A stretch of 64,000 nucleotides of DNA, taken from contig JBAZUI010000003.1 of the NCBI GenBank assembly GCA_041661425.1, forward strand, positions 10,446 to 74,445. The letters are read 5' to 3'. Under the pieces are notes generated by a model. The model saw only the letters and a list, made by a program, of their open reading frames with translations, did not search any database and was not told where the DNA came from. The DNA is from Patescibacteria group bacterium. GTDB lineage: Bacteria > Patescibacteriota > Patescibacteriia > UBA9934. The translations under genes were made by a program, and so were the position numbers. Numbering within the stretch: the stretch's first letter is position 1; each line of letters opens with the position of its first letter. Below, piece after piece: positions 18,591 to 28,257 of this stretch.

Positions 18591-20003
18591 ATGGTGAAGA
18601 AGGAACGACGGACAAAAATTATTGCGACCATCGGCCCGGCCTCTTCTTCGATTTCCGTTCTTATTCGAATGGTGCGTGCGGGCATGTCGATGGCACGTTT
18701 GAATTTTTCGCACGGCAAGCACGAAGAGCATGCGCATCTTATCCGAACCATTCGTGCCGCGAGTAAGAAGGCCGACATTCCTGTCGGCATTCTTGGCGAT
18801 CTGCAGGGCCCGCGGATTCGCATTGGCGAGCTTCCGGATCATGGGATTGAACTTCGCCCGCGTCAGAGCGTGATCCTGGACGTTTCGGTCAAAGAGTATG
18901 AACCGGGAGGATCGCTCCCAATTACCTATGCCTTGCAAAAAGATGTGAAGGCGGGCGATCGCATTTTTATCGATGACGGGTTGATTGAAGTTGAGGTGAA
19001 ACGTGTCCAAAAAACCGCGGTGCATTGTTTGGTAAAAATGGGAGGGATTCTCACATCGCATAAGGGAATGAATCTTCCCGATACCCATGTCACGGCCGTG
19101 GCATTTACAAAAAAAGATCGTGAAGATCTTCTCTTTGGTCTCGAGCATGGCATTGATTGGGTGGCTCTGTCTTTTGTTGCGACTCCAGAAAGCGTCGCAT
19201 CTGTTCGCGAGATTGCCGCGGGATATTGTCGAGATATCGGCCGTGTGCCTCCAAAGATTATTGCCAAGATCGAACGGAAAGAAGCGGTTGATCATTTTCA
19301 CGATATTCTCGAGGTTGTCGACGGAGTGATGTTGGCGCGTGGGGATTTGGGAATCGAGGTTCCTTTTGAGGAAGTCCCGCTCATTCAAAAAGAGTTCACA
19401 GAAATTTGTCGTCAAGCCGGGAAGCCGATTGTGATTGCCACGCACATGCTCGATTCGATGTCCGAGCACCCGCGTGCCACGCGCGCGGAAGTTTCCGATG
19501 TAGCGAACGCCGTCATTGATCATGCCGATGCGGTGATGCTTTCGGCGGAAACCGCTATGGGGAAATATCCCGACATTGCTGTTCAAACCATGGCCTCCGT
19601 GATTACCGAAGTGGAAGCCTCGCGGTTTGATGATATTTCTTTTTATCAAATTCATTGTATTCCCGATATTGCCACGGCTTTCGCACAAGTCATGCACACG
19701 CTTGCGGAGCACGGTCAAATTCAGGCCATCGCCACCTCAGCTTCGTTTGGGGATCTGGCGCAAAAAATCAATATCTTCCGTCCGAATGTTCCAATTATTA
19801 TCGCTTGCGAATCGCAAGAACAGGCAAAGCAGTATTTGTTACGAGCTGGCTTTCAACCGGTCGTTCTCGATGATGAACCCGCGACATTCATCCATCGGAT
19901 GGAACGGCTTATTCACGATCAAAGGATCATTGATAAAAAATCCCGCGTCGCGTATGTGATCGAAACCGCGCGGGGAGATGTCCAATTGATTATTCGTGGA
20001 TGA
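18591..20003 (+). CDS. pyk: Pyruvate kinase
   Basis: TKIIATIGP, ARLNFSHG, DLQGP, IIAKIE, ARGDLG, DAVMLS motifs. Confidence 0.97.
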   Translation: MVKKERRTKIIATIGPASSSISVLIRMVRAGMSMARLNFSHGKHEEHAHLIRTIRAASKKADIPVGILGDLQGPRIRIGELPDHGIELRPRQSVILDVSVKEYEPGGSLPITYALQKDVKAGDRIFIDDGLIEVEVKRVQKTAVHCLVKMGGILTSHKGMNLPDTHVTAVAFTKKDREDLLFGLEHGIDWVALSFVATPESVASVREIAAGYCRDIGRVPPKIIAKIERKEAVDHFHDILEVVDGVMLARGDLGIEVPFEEVPLIQKEFTEICRQAGKPIVIATHMLDSMSEHPRATRAEVSDVANAVIDHADAVMLSAETAMGKYPDIAVQTMASVITEVEASRFDDISFYQIHCIPDIATAFAQVMHTLAEHGQIQAIATSASFGDLAQKINIFRPNVPIIIACESQEQAKQYLLRAGFQPVVLDDEPATFIHRMERLIHDQRIIDKKSRVAYVIETARGDVQLIIRG

Positions 20004-20280
20004 TCGTCTCGATGGATTGCGAAATGGTATCGCCAATCCACATTTTAAAATTGAAAGACTCAAACGTATTTCGAAGAAGGAGAAAAGCAATTCCAGCGAC
20101 AATCGTTGTTCCAATAATGAAACCGAATCCTTCAAAAATACCATGAATCGTTGAAAGAAATAATTGGTGAATCATTGACTTTGGTTTCATTTTCACGACA
20201 ACGTCACGAATCTCTTCAACATTTTTTTCAATTTCAAACACTTCAAATTTGAGTGGCTCTTGGATTCTTTTTTCCTCCAT
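19990..20280 (-). CDS. Small membrane protein (DUF5665-like)
   Basis: F...GIFEGFGFIIGTTIV hydrophobic motif; probable ATG at 20280. Confidence 0.55.
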   Translation of the reverse strand: MEEKRIQEPLKFEVFEIEKNVEEIRDVVVKMKPKSMIHQLFLSTIHGIFEGFGFIIGTTIVAGIAFLLLRNTFESFNFKMWIGDTISQSIETIIHE

Positions 20281-21031
20281 ACTTTTTTTGAGTATAACAT
20301 ACGGCGCGCGGTTTGCGGAGTCCTTTTGCAACAAGTCTTTCTTTTGTGCTCCATTGTTCCGTTGCCGTGGTCCAGGCGATGCTTGAGAAATCGTTCATGT
20401 GCGTTTCAATAAATTTTTTTGTTTTTTCCGGGTAGAGAGTCCCGCATTCACGCAAGGTCCAACCAACGGCTCGTTGAACGTAAAAATGTTCATCGCGAAT
20501 TCGTGGTTCCACGAGCGCGATGATTTTTTGATAGGGAAGATGATGCGTGCGTGATCGTGCATAACAAATCATCGAGACCAGTGAGAGCCGACGCTCCCAT
20601 GGATTTTTTGAGGTGTTCCATTTGACGAGTGTGGGGTAGATCTTGTGCGGAAATTGATCAAGAAGCATGGCGAAGAGACTGCTCAAAGAATCGGAGTGAG
20701 CCCAATTATCGATTTTTTTACTCCAGGTTTTCAGGATGGTCCAATCGGAAAGATCAAGATCTTTTTTTCGCGATTCGACGATCAAGAGGAGCACGTAGAG
20801 CACGGCAAAATTATTTGAGGATTTCCAGATGCGATCGAGTGTCGCCCGATATTCTTTCCAGGTCACTTGCTTTTGTTGGGCGTTGATTTTTTTGACGATC
20901 GCACGCATGGCGGGAATTGGGCATCCCATATGCTCAAGGCCGGACGGGATATACCACATTTCCGCTGCCTTTCGTTTGGCTTGCGCACACGGTTTGAGAA
21001 GCAAAAGAATCTGCTGTTCGGTGAGGCTCAT
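20243..21031 (-). CDS. DNA alkylation repair protein (AlkD-like)
   Basis: IDNWAHSD, W.RR, YVQRAVGWTLRE motifs; probable ATG at 21031. Confidence 0.9.
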   Translation of the reverse strand: MSLTEQQILLLLKPCAQAKRKAAEMWYIPSGLEHMGCPIPAMRAIVKKINAQQKQVTWKEYRATLDRIWKSSNNFAVLYVLLLIVESRKKDLDLSDWTILKTWSKKIDNWAHSDSLSSLFAMLLDQFPHKIYPTLVKWNTSKNPWERRLSLVSMICYARSRTHHLPYQKIIALVEPRIRDEHFYVQRAVGWTLRECGTLYPEKTKKFIETHMNDFSSIAWTTATEQWSTKERLVAKGLRKPRAVCYTQKKYGGKKNPRATQI

Positions 21032-21064
21032 ATATCCACATTCATACCTCAAAAATAGGCAAAC

Positions 21065-24000
21065 GTGAAGTATAATAAGGATCGTGTGATTTTGACATAT
21101 CAACGGAGATGTTCACGTGCTCTCACGTTCCTATTGTTTTGTTGTTTTTGGTTTTCTTGGTTTCCGATGTCTCCTGTTTTTGCAGCAACAAGCGTCACGT
21201 ATTCATCGCAGGCGGAATTGGAGAGCGCGATTTCTCAGACCGGTTCTGATTCAACGACCACCCCGGGAGCATTGACGCTTACTGCACTTGCAACCGATGC
21301 CAATCCAGTGGCGGAAACTCGTGATGTCGCTTTACTTGTCTCTGATGATGGCGTGGTGGATGCGGATATTGATTTTTATCTGAGTGCGTATTTTCCGAAT
21401 TTTGATTCTGATGGGGATGAAGCCGTTGATGATGTCTTGGAGTTTGCCGATGTTGATGAATTGAGTGATCTCTCAGGATATGAGATTGTCGTCACCGACA
21501 CTGAAACAACCACGCAAGCGGCAACGGTCCCGCAAGATGTCCTCGATGCGTTTGCAACGGCAGGCGGACTCGTTATTGAAAATATCATTGAATATAGCGT
21601 TCAACGTCAGGCCGATACGTATGAATCGGAAGTGAGTTTTGATTATACAACCGCGGCTATTCGCGATCTGGCTTCCGATGGAACGTATCTTTGGACGCTC
21701 GATGATACATCCCCTGAGCGAATTTTAAAAATTGATCCGGCCGATGGCTCAACAATTGCCACGTATTGCGCTCCAGATACAACGCCTCGCGGAATCGAAT
21801 ATGTCAATAATACGTTGTATATTGCCGATTCATTCGCAGATAAACTGTATGAACTTGATCCCGCAAGTTTGACGGTTTTTGATAGCGTTTGCGCCGCGCC
21901 CTATGAGGGTAATCATTATCATTTTTCCGATTTGAGTCCTGTGTCCGGAAGTCCGTGGGGACTTGCCTCAGATGGAGTGAATTTTTATCTTGTCGATTCA
22001 ACAACAGTGCGTCTTCATGCGTTTACCATTTCCGGCTCCTCTCTTGTTCAATCAAACTCTTGGCTTCTCACAAGCCTTACTCCACGCCCTGCCACTCTCC
22101 CTCGAGGGTTGGCGTATAACGGAGGGTATCTTTGGTACGCTGATTCCACGACCGGGCTCATTTATAAATTATCGCCGTCCGATCCGTCGGTCACGGTAAC
22201 GGCATACGATGCCTGGGATCAGTGGGGAAGCGATGAAGACCCGACGGGTCTTGCTTTCATTGATGGCGATCTTTGGGTGACTGATGACGATCCCACGGTC
22301 AAGAAACTTTATAATCATTCGAGTTTTTATCTCGATAAAGACAGCTACGAATATTTCAATAAAGGGAATACCTCATTTGAAACTCCGAGCGTTCAACCGA
22401 AAGGATTGGCATACGATGGAACGTATTTTTGGCTCGCGGATGATTATACAAATACCATTTATAAATTAAACGCTTCCACGGGCGCGGTTGTTTCTTCCTG
22501 TATTGCTCCGTATTCTCGACCAAGTGGGGTTGCCTATTATTCAGGGACACTCTGGGTTTCGGATTGGGGATCAGATCTGGTGTATCTTGTGAATCCAACA
22601 ACGTGTGCGGTCTCGAGTTCGTGGGCCGCGCCTAGCACGGGATCACATGGGATTGCGCATGATGGAACAAATCTCTGGCTGGCGGATTCCGATTCGGATT
22701 TGATTTATAAATTGAATCCAACAACCGGGGCTGTCACGTCTTCTTTTGCCGCACCCGGGCCGGCTTCGAGAGGTCTTGCCTATGAAGATGGTTCGTTGTG
22801 GGTCGCGGATGAAACCGATGAAACCTATTATAAACTCAATCCAACCGACGGGAGCACGCAACTCACAAGAACAGTTGTCGAACTCACAGTTGAGGGAATT
22901 GCCTTTGTTGACGGACGGCTCTGGTCTGTTGATGAAACGCAAGATCGTATCTATAACGTTGATAGCAATAATCTTGCCATGGGGCAATACGATGCCCCGG
23001 CAACCAATCCGCGCGGGTTTACCACAGACGGCACGAATATTTGGGCCGTGGATTCCACTTCCGATAAGCTGTATAAACTCGATGACGAAACATGGGCCGT
23101 GAGTGCGACCTATGATGCCCCGGCGCTCGATCCCATGGACATTACCTATGGAGGAGGATATCTCTGGATCACAACCGATGCTGATAATAAAATTTATAAA
23201 GTTGATCCCGCAACCGGTGGATCGGTTTCTTCATTTGCAACTCCGGATTCCGATCCGTACGGGTTGGTGTATGTGGATTCCTATCTCTATCTCACGGATA
23301 CCATCGAAAATTTATTTTATAAAATCGATCCGACTGATGGATCGAACGATCAAGAATGGGATGCGCCTGGGAGCTCGCCAGGGCCTCTTGCCTATGACGG
23401 AACTTCCATTTGGAACTTCGATACGGATGAGCGTATTTTGTTTGAATTGGAATTGGATGATGATGTGGGAGGGACGATTTCCGCTACGCAAGAGGTTACG
23501 ACCTCCGGGATTCAAGGAATCGAATTTATCGGAGGAGTCCTCTATACCGTTGATACGTATTTCGACATGTTCTTTGATGCCGATACGATTTCGGTCGAGC
23601 CGACCGCGATCATCGAAGTCGCAGACGATTATACGAGCCCGTATTCCGTGGATGACTCCTTTTACTACACAACGCGAAGCACAAGCGAAGGATTCTTTTT
23701 GCATCGCCGGTTAGGTGGGGTACCCGAGACAGCGAGCCGGCAAATTCTCGCTTCCTCAAGTCGAGGAGGCGCTGTTTATGTTCATGAAGATGTGGGTGCG
23801 GGAGATATTTTCGCTCTCGATCTTGTTCTCCTGGGAGATAATTACGAAGTGTCTCGTCAAACCGTTCCGGCCGTCACGCTCTTCTTCGATGCGCTGGGAA
23901 TAAAAATTCACAGTGAAGGCACGCAGGAAAATACGAAACCGACCTATGCTTCACCTTCCACGGATCTGAGTAATCTTATGACAAGTTGTAGTGCGGCATT

Positions 24001-26563
24001 CGTACGGACAACGATCGGCACTTCCAGCAATGGTCAGCCGATCTACGCCTATTCGTACGGAACCGATGGAAAACCGGTTGCCATCTATTTGTCGGGTGTT
24101 CACGGAAATGAAGAGCATGCCTACATTCCTGAGGTGCGCTGGATGCAAAATCTCTGCACGGATTATTTGGCAGGAACAGATCGTGCGCTGAATTTGTTCC
24201 AAAATTTTGAGGTTATTTTTGTTCCGCTTCTCAATCCATACGGGATCGCGAACGGCACTCGTTACAACGCGAATTATGTCGATCTTAACCGTAACTTTGA
24301 CTGGAATTGGTCAGCGTATGCGTCATCCTATAAAGGGGCTTCGGTTTTTTCCGAAGTGGAATCACAGGCATTCCGGGATTTGGTATTGGCGCATGAAGAC
24401 GATCTTGTCTTCTTCAACGATGCGCACGCCGCCATGGCCATCGCTCCGGGGATGACGTGGGCGTATCCCACCGGAGCGGTTGCACCGGCTATCATCGAAA
24501 ATGTTTACGATATCTTCAGAACGAAAAACGCCAATCGATGGTTTGAAGAAAAAGCAGGTCTTGGGCGATGGCTGACGTATGATCGTTATACGTTCCAATC
24601 CGATGTTCCGTATATTGAAAACTGGGTCGGATCGTTGGGAATTCCCACGAGCACGAATGAAGTGATGGGGAAAAAAGATGTGGGCACCGGGCGCATGATT
24701 CACACAAGCGATTGGTATTTCAAACATTACGACGCCTCATTCGACGCCCTCTCCTCTCAATACGGTCGTTCGGTTTACCGCATTGATGGAACGGTTGATT
24801 CTGTTTTTTCGGCCGCGGTTACTTCAAATGCCACAACCCCGGCGGGAACGAGCATTTTGTTCCGCTATGGTTCGAATGCAACAACCGCCGAACCGACCAC
24901 CTGGTACGACACCTATTCGAGCGTTCCGGCCGGACGATATCTTTTTGCGGAAGTGATTCTTCAACGTGACGCCTACGATGATTCCACGCCAACGCTTGCG
25001 GATTTTACCGTTTCCTATACAACGGCGAATACGGCTCCGACGGTCACAACACCAACGGCTGTCGTGGCCATGGATGGGAGTGGTGAGGTGACGGTTGCGA
25101 CGACGCTCGATGACGCCGATGACGATGATACACTCCAAGCGCTTGTTGAATACTCCCTAAACGGTGGTTCGAGTTATGCGAAAGCAACTATTTCCGAATT
25201 GCCGGCTGATATCACGGCAACCTATGGCACCCCGGACGTGGAAAATGACAATACGTATCAAATCGGGAATGCTGGCGGGTACATCACAAGTTCTTCTGGC
25301 GCGAATGCTTTGACGTTCGTTTGGGATGCCCATACCGATGCCCCAACCGCGGATATTTCAAACGCAAAAATTCGTGTGACTCCTTTTGATGGAACCGATA
25401 TCGGCACACCGGTCGCCTCATCAAATATCACGATCGATAATGCCCATCCTTCCGGTCTCGCGACGCTATCGCGAGGCGCGGTGACGTGGAATTCTCTCAC
25501 GCCAACCTGGGACATCGCCTCTGATTCGCATTTTGATCATTACGAAATCTGGTATGGATTCGTGCAAGCCGATGTGGATAATCGGACGGGGACCGCACAT
25601 GAATGGGATGATTCGGATGATGCCGATCTTCTCTTGGCGGCCACGAGTGCAACGACGATTCCCGGTCTTTCTCCTCTTACAAATTATTATGTGAAACTTT
25701 TTGCTGTCGATACGTACGGCAATGAATCGACCATCGCCTCTGTTGGTATGGGAACCATTAAGAAATCAGAGAGTACGGTGACGGCGAATGTTGGTGGCGG
25801 AGGATCAGGAGGTGGGGGATCGTCAAATCAGATTACATTTTTTGACATTATCCAACAACGTCTCCCAAGTATCGCGACGATCCAAAAAAATACCGCTTCA
25901 CAATTTTTATGGACGACGTCCGGAACGATTTCTTTTGTGAATATCTCTTATTCGCTCGATCAAGGAGCAACGTATGAAAAAATTATTGGTCCAACGCCCA
26001 ATACCGGTTCCTATGATTGGACAACCCCAAAGATTCTTTCGGGATCATCGGTCATGTTTAAAATCGAAGCAACGGATCTTGCTTTGATTATCGATTCAGA
26101 AATTTGCGAAAAAAATATCGCGTCAGGGCGACCGCTTTGGGCTCGTTCGCCCGTGACGGGTGAACTCGAAGAAGTCACCGAAGTTTTTCCCGGCGATTAT
26201 ATCAAGAGTCCATATTTTTCAACGGTCTATTACGTGACCGACGATTACGGGCGCCGACCGTTTATCGATGAAGAGACGTATTTTACCTGGCAAGAATCGT
26301 TTGCAACATTGAAATCAGTGACTGACGCAACGCTCACAACCTTAACGATCGCCGGTCCCATGTTGCCGAAACCCGGAGTCAAGTTGGTTAAAATCGAGAG
26401 TGACCCGCGTGTGTATGAAGTCTTGGAAAATGAAAAAGACCCGTACCGTCCATCGCTCCGCTGGATTTCTTCTGAAGCGGAAGCAACGGAACGATTCGGG
26501 TCGTGGTGGAAGTGGAATATCGTGGATGTACCGGTAACGACGTTTGCGCGATTTGATTTCTAG
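21065..26563 (+). CDS. Secreted 1,832-aa protein: beta-propeller repeats, M14 zinc carboxypeptidase, FN3-like and CPR surface C-terminal domain
   Basis: Signal peptide; many P-x-GLAYDG-x-LW-x-D...IYKxDP blades; GVHGNE...NPYG...RYNANYVDLNRNF...DAH M14 motifs; start may be GTG 21086. Confidence 0.85.
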   Translation: MKYNKDRVILTYQRRCSRALTFLLFCCFWFSWFPMSPVFAATSVTYSSQAELESAISQTGSDSTTTPGALTLTALATDANPVAETRDVALLVSDDGVVDADIDFYLSAYFPNFDSDGDEAVDDVLEFADVDELSDLSGYEIVVTDTETTTQAATVPQDVLDAFATAGGLVIENIIEYSVQRQADTYESEVSFDYTTAAIRDLASDGTYLWTLDDTSPERILKIDPADGSTIATYCAPDTTPRGIEYVNNTLYIADSFADKLYELDPASLTVFDSVCAAPYEGNHYHFSDLSPVSGSPWGLASDGVNFYLVDSTTVRLHAFTISGSSLVQSNSWLLTSLTPRPATLPRGLAYNGGYLWYADSTTGLIYKLSPSDPSVTVTAYDAWDQWGSDEDPTGLAFIDGDLWVTDDDPTVKKLYNHSSFYLDKDSYEYFNKGNTSFETPSVQPKGLAYDGTYFWLADDYTNTIYKLNASTGAVVSSCIAPYSRPSGVAYYSGTLWVSDWGSDLVYLVNPTTCAVSSSWAAPSTGSHGIAHDGTNLWLADSDSDLIYKLNPTTGAVTSSFAAPGPASRGLAYEDGSLWVADETDETYYKLNPTDGSTQLTRTVVELTVEGIAFVDGRLWSVDETQDRIYNVDSNNLAMGQYDAPATNPRGFTTDGTNIWAVDSTSDKLYKLDDETWAVSATYDAPALDPMDITYGGGYLWITTDADNKIYKVDPATGGSVSSFATPDSDPYGLVYVDSYLYLTDTIENLFYKIDPTDGSNDQEWDAPGSSPGPLAYDGTSIWNFDTDERILFELELDDDVGGTISATQEVTTSGIQGIEFIGGVLYTVDTYFDMFFDADTISVEPTAIIEVADDYTSPYSVDDSFYYTTRSTSEGFFLHRRLGGVPETASRQILASSSRGGAVYVHEDVGAGDIFALDLVLLGDNYEVSRQTVPAVTLFFDALGIKIHSEGTQENTKPTYASPSTDLSNLMTSCSAAFVRTTIGTSSNGQPIYAYSYGTDGKPVAIYLSGVHGNEEHAYIPEVRWMQNLCTDYLAGTDRALNLFQNFEVIFVPLLNPYGIANGTRYNANYVDLNRNFDWNWSAYASSYKGASVFSEVESQAFRDLVLAHEDDLVFFNDAHAAMAIAPGMTWAYPTGAVAPAIIENVYDIFRTKNANRWFEEKAGLGRWLTYDRYTFQSDVPYIENWVGSLGIPTSTNEVMGKKDVGTGRMIHTSDWYFKHYDASFDALSSQYGRSVYRIDGTVDSVFSAAVTSNATTPAGTSILFRYGSNATTAEPTTWYDTYSSVPAGRYLFAEVILQRDAYDDSTPTLADFTVSYTTANTAPTVTTPTAVVAMDGSGEVTVATTLDDADDDDTLQALVEYSLNGGSSYAKATISELPADITATYGTPDVENDNTYQIGNAGGYITSSSGANALTFVWDAHTDAPTADISNAKIRVTPFDGTDIGTPVASSNITIDNAHPSGLATLSRGAVTWNSLTPTWDIASDSHFDHYEIWYGFVQADVDNRTGTAHEWDDSDDADLLLAATSATTIPGLSPLTNYYVKLFAVDTYGNESTIASVGMGTIKKSESTVTANVGGGGSGGGGSSNQITFFDIIQQRLPSIATIQKNTASQFLWTTSGTISFVNISYSLDQGATYEKIIGPTPNTGSYDWTTPKILSGSSVMFKIEATDLALIIDSEICEKNIASGRPLWARSPVTGELEEVTEVFPGDYIKSPYFSTVYYVTDDYGRRPFIDEETYFTWQESFATLKSVTDATLTTLTIAGPMLPKPGVKLVKIESDPRVYEVLENEKDPYRPSLRWISSEAEATERFGSWWKWNIVDVPVTTFARFDF

Positions 26564-27027
26564 TTGAGGATTGTTACCGCATACGTCAAGAACGTGGCAA
26601 AACAGACCCAGAGAACATACGGGAAAAGGAGGGCACTGGCGAGTTTTGATGTTTTCCAAAGTGAGAGCGAAAGAAAGAGGACAGAGAGTCCAAGAAGAAG
26701 AGCTTCGATGATCGCAAGAGTAAAGGCATGGATCCCAAAGAAGAGGAGGCTCCAAAGGACGTTTAATGTTGCTTGAAGAAAAAAGAAAAACCAGATCCAT
26801 CTACTTGTCGGTGCCTCGATTTTTTTCTGCATGGCAAGAAGAAGGGAAACAATGGTCAGTACAAAAAGGACCGTCCAAACCGTGCCAATCACGGATCCGT
26901 CGGGCGTCCAAGGGGGAAGAATGAGCGTCTCGTACCAAACCATTCCCTGCGAGGTGATAAAACTCCCAACAACAGCGGTTGCAATGACGGTTAAAATAAT
27001 GACGAGAGACGATTGATAGTTTTTCAT
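26560..27027 (-). CDS. tspO: TspO/MBR tryptophan-rich sensory protein
   Basis: WY..L..P.WTP, LNVLWSLLFFG, PYVLWVCFATFL. Confidence 0.92.
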   Translation of the reverse strand: MKNYQSSLVIILTVIATAVVGSFITSQGMVWYETLILPPWTPDGSVIGTVWTVLFVLTIVSLLLAMQKKIEAPTSRWIWFFFFLQATLNVLWSLLFFGIHAFTLAIIEALLLGLSVLFLSLSLWKTSKLASALLFPYVLWVCFATFLTYAVTILN

Positions 27028-27821
27028 AGCATGGTTAATGATTCGTGAATAGTTTCTTCAAGCGCGCTTTGTCCGGAAAGAGCGGCAATTCCGACAATCA
27101 TCATCACGCCAAGGAGGGCGGCAAGAAGATAGCGCAGATATTTTTTTTCTTCTCGAGAAACGCGAATGGATCGCGGGACAAGATCCATAAAAATCATATA
27201 CAAGAAAAGACCGGCGGCAATACCCAAAAGCGGAGTCAGGAACGAGACCGCCTGGGAAAGAATAATACCAAGCCCAGCCCCAATGAAGACCGTGGTATTG
27301 GCAAGGCAATTTCTCCACAAGGCTTGCGAGGTTGAGTATCCCGATTCCTTCAGGACGAAGAATTCCGAAATTCCTTGCACGAATTCGTGAATAAAGATGC
27401 TCGCGGCAGTAAAAATTCCAAGACGAAAATCAAGAAAGAAGGCCGGCGCAAGCAAAAATCCATCCGCGATATTGTGAAGCGCATCTCCCAAAAGCACTCG
27501 GTAGGCAGTGGCGTGCGAATGATGCTCATGACATTCATCATGGTGGTGATAGCAATCCGGCACAAAGGATTCAATCGCATAGGCGATGAGTACCCCAAAA
27601 AGAACCGAGCCAATTCCCAGGAGAATTGAGCCATCGGAAAATGTTTCAAGTGCGATGTTTATGGCGATAATAAAAAAAACACCCGCAGAAAAACTCACCA
27701 AGTAATTCATGGAGCGGTGCATCCAGGCCATGAGATGTTTCTGCATGAACAAGATTCCGCCGAGCGAAGCGCCAAGAATGCAAAGACAGGAAAGGATGAT
27801 GGCAAGAATGGGAAGCGTCAT
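27024..27821 (-). CDS. ZIP family metal transporter
   Basis: His-rich loop; DALHNIADG and HEFVQGISEF motifs. Confidence 0.9.
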   Translation of the reverse strand: MTLPILAIILSCLCILGASLGGILFMQKHLMAWMHRSMNYLVSFSAGVFFIIAINIALETFSDGSILLGIGSVLFGVLIAYAIESFVPDCYHHHDECHEHHSHATAYRVLLGDALHNIADGFLLAPAFFLDFRLGIFTAASIFIHEFVQGISEFFVLKESGYSTSQALWRNCLANTTVFIGAGLGIILSQAVSFLTPLLGIAAGLFLYMIFMDLVPRSIRVSREEKKYLRYLLAALLGVMMIVGIAALSGQSALEETIHESLTML

Positions 27822-27883
27822 ATGTGTATGAGAATCTTGGAATATTTCTTAGCCTAGGATACAATAACATTAATCATTTTGCT

Positions 27884-28252
27884 ATGCCAACACCTAAAAA
27901 AATACTTGTTGTGGAGGATGAAAAATCCATGGCGAAAGCCTTGGAGCTCAAACTCACAAAAGAAGGTTTTGTCGTGGAGATTGCGGTGGATGGGGAAGGT
28001 GCTTTGGCAAAACTTCGGAAAGAAAAATACCAACTCGTTCTTTTGGATCTTGTCTTGCCAAAGCTTGATGGATTTGGAGTTCTTGAAGCAATGAAAAAAG
28101 AGGGCATCAAAACTCCCGCGATCGTTTCGACCAACTTGAGTCAGGAAGAAGATGAGGCTCGAACGCGGGCTCTCGGCGCGAAAGATTTTTTCGTCAAATC
28201 CGATACGTCTATTACTGATGTTGTGAAACACATTAAACAATTAATCGGCTAG
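27884..28252 (+). CDS. Single-domain response regulator
   Basis: ILVVEDE, LLDLVLP..DG, T, K receiver motifs; heads the pilus operon. Confidence 0.9.
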   Translation: MPTPKKILVVEDEKSMAKALELKLTKEGFVVEIAVDGEGALAKLRKEKYQLVLLDLVLPKLDGFGVLEAMKKEGIKTPAIVSTNLSQEEDEARTRALGAKDFFVKSDTSITDVVKHIKQLIG

Positions 28253-28257
28253 GAGGT

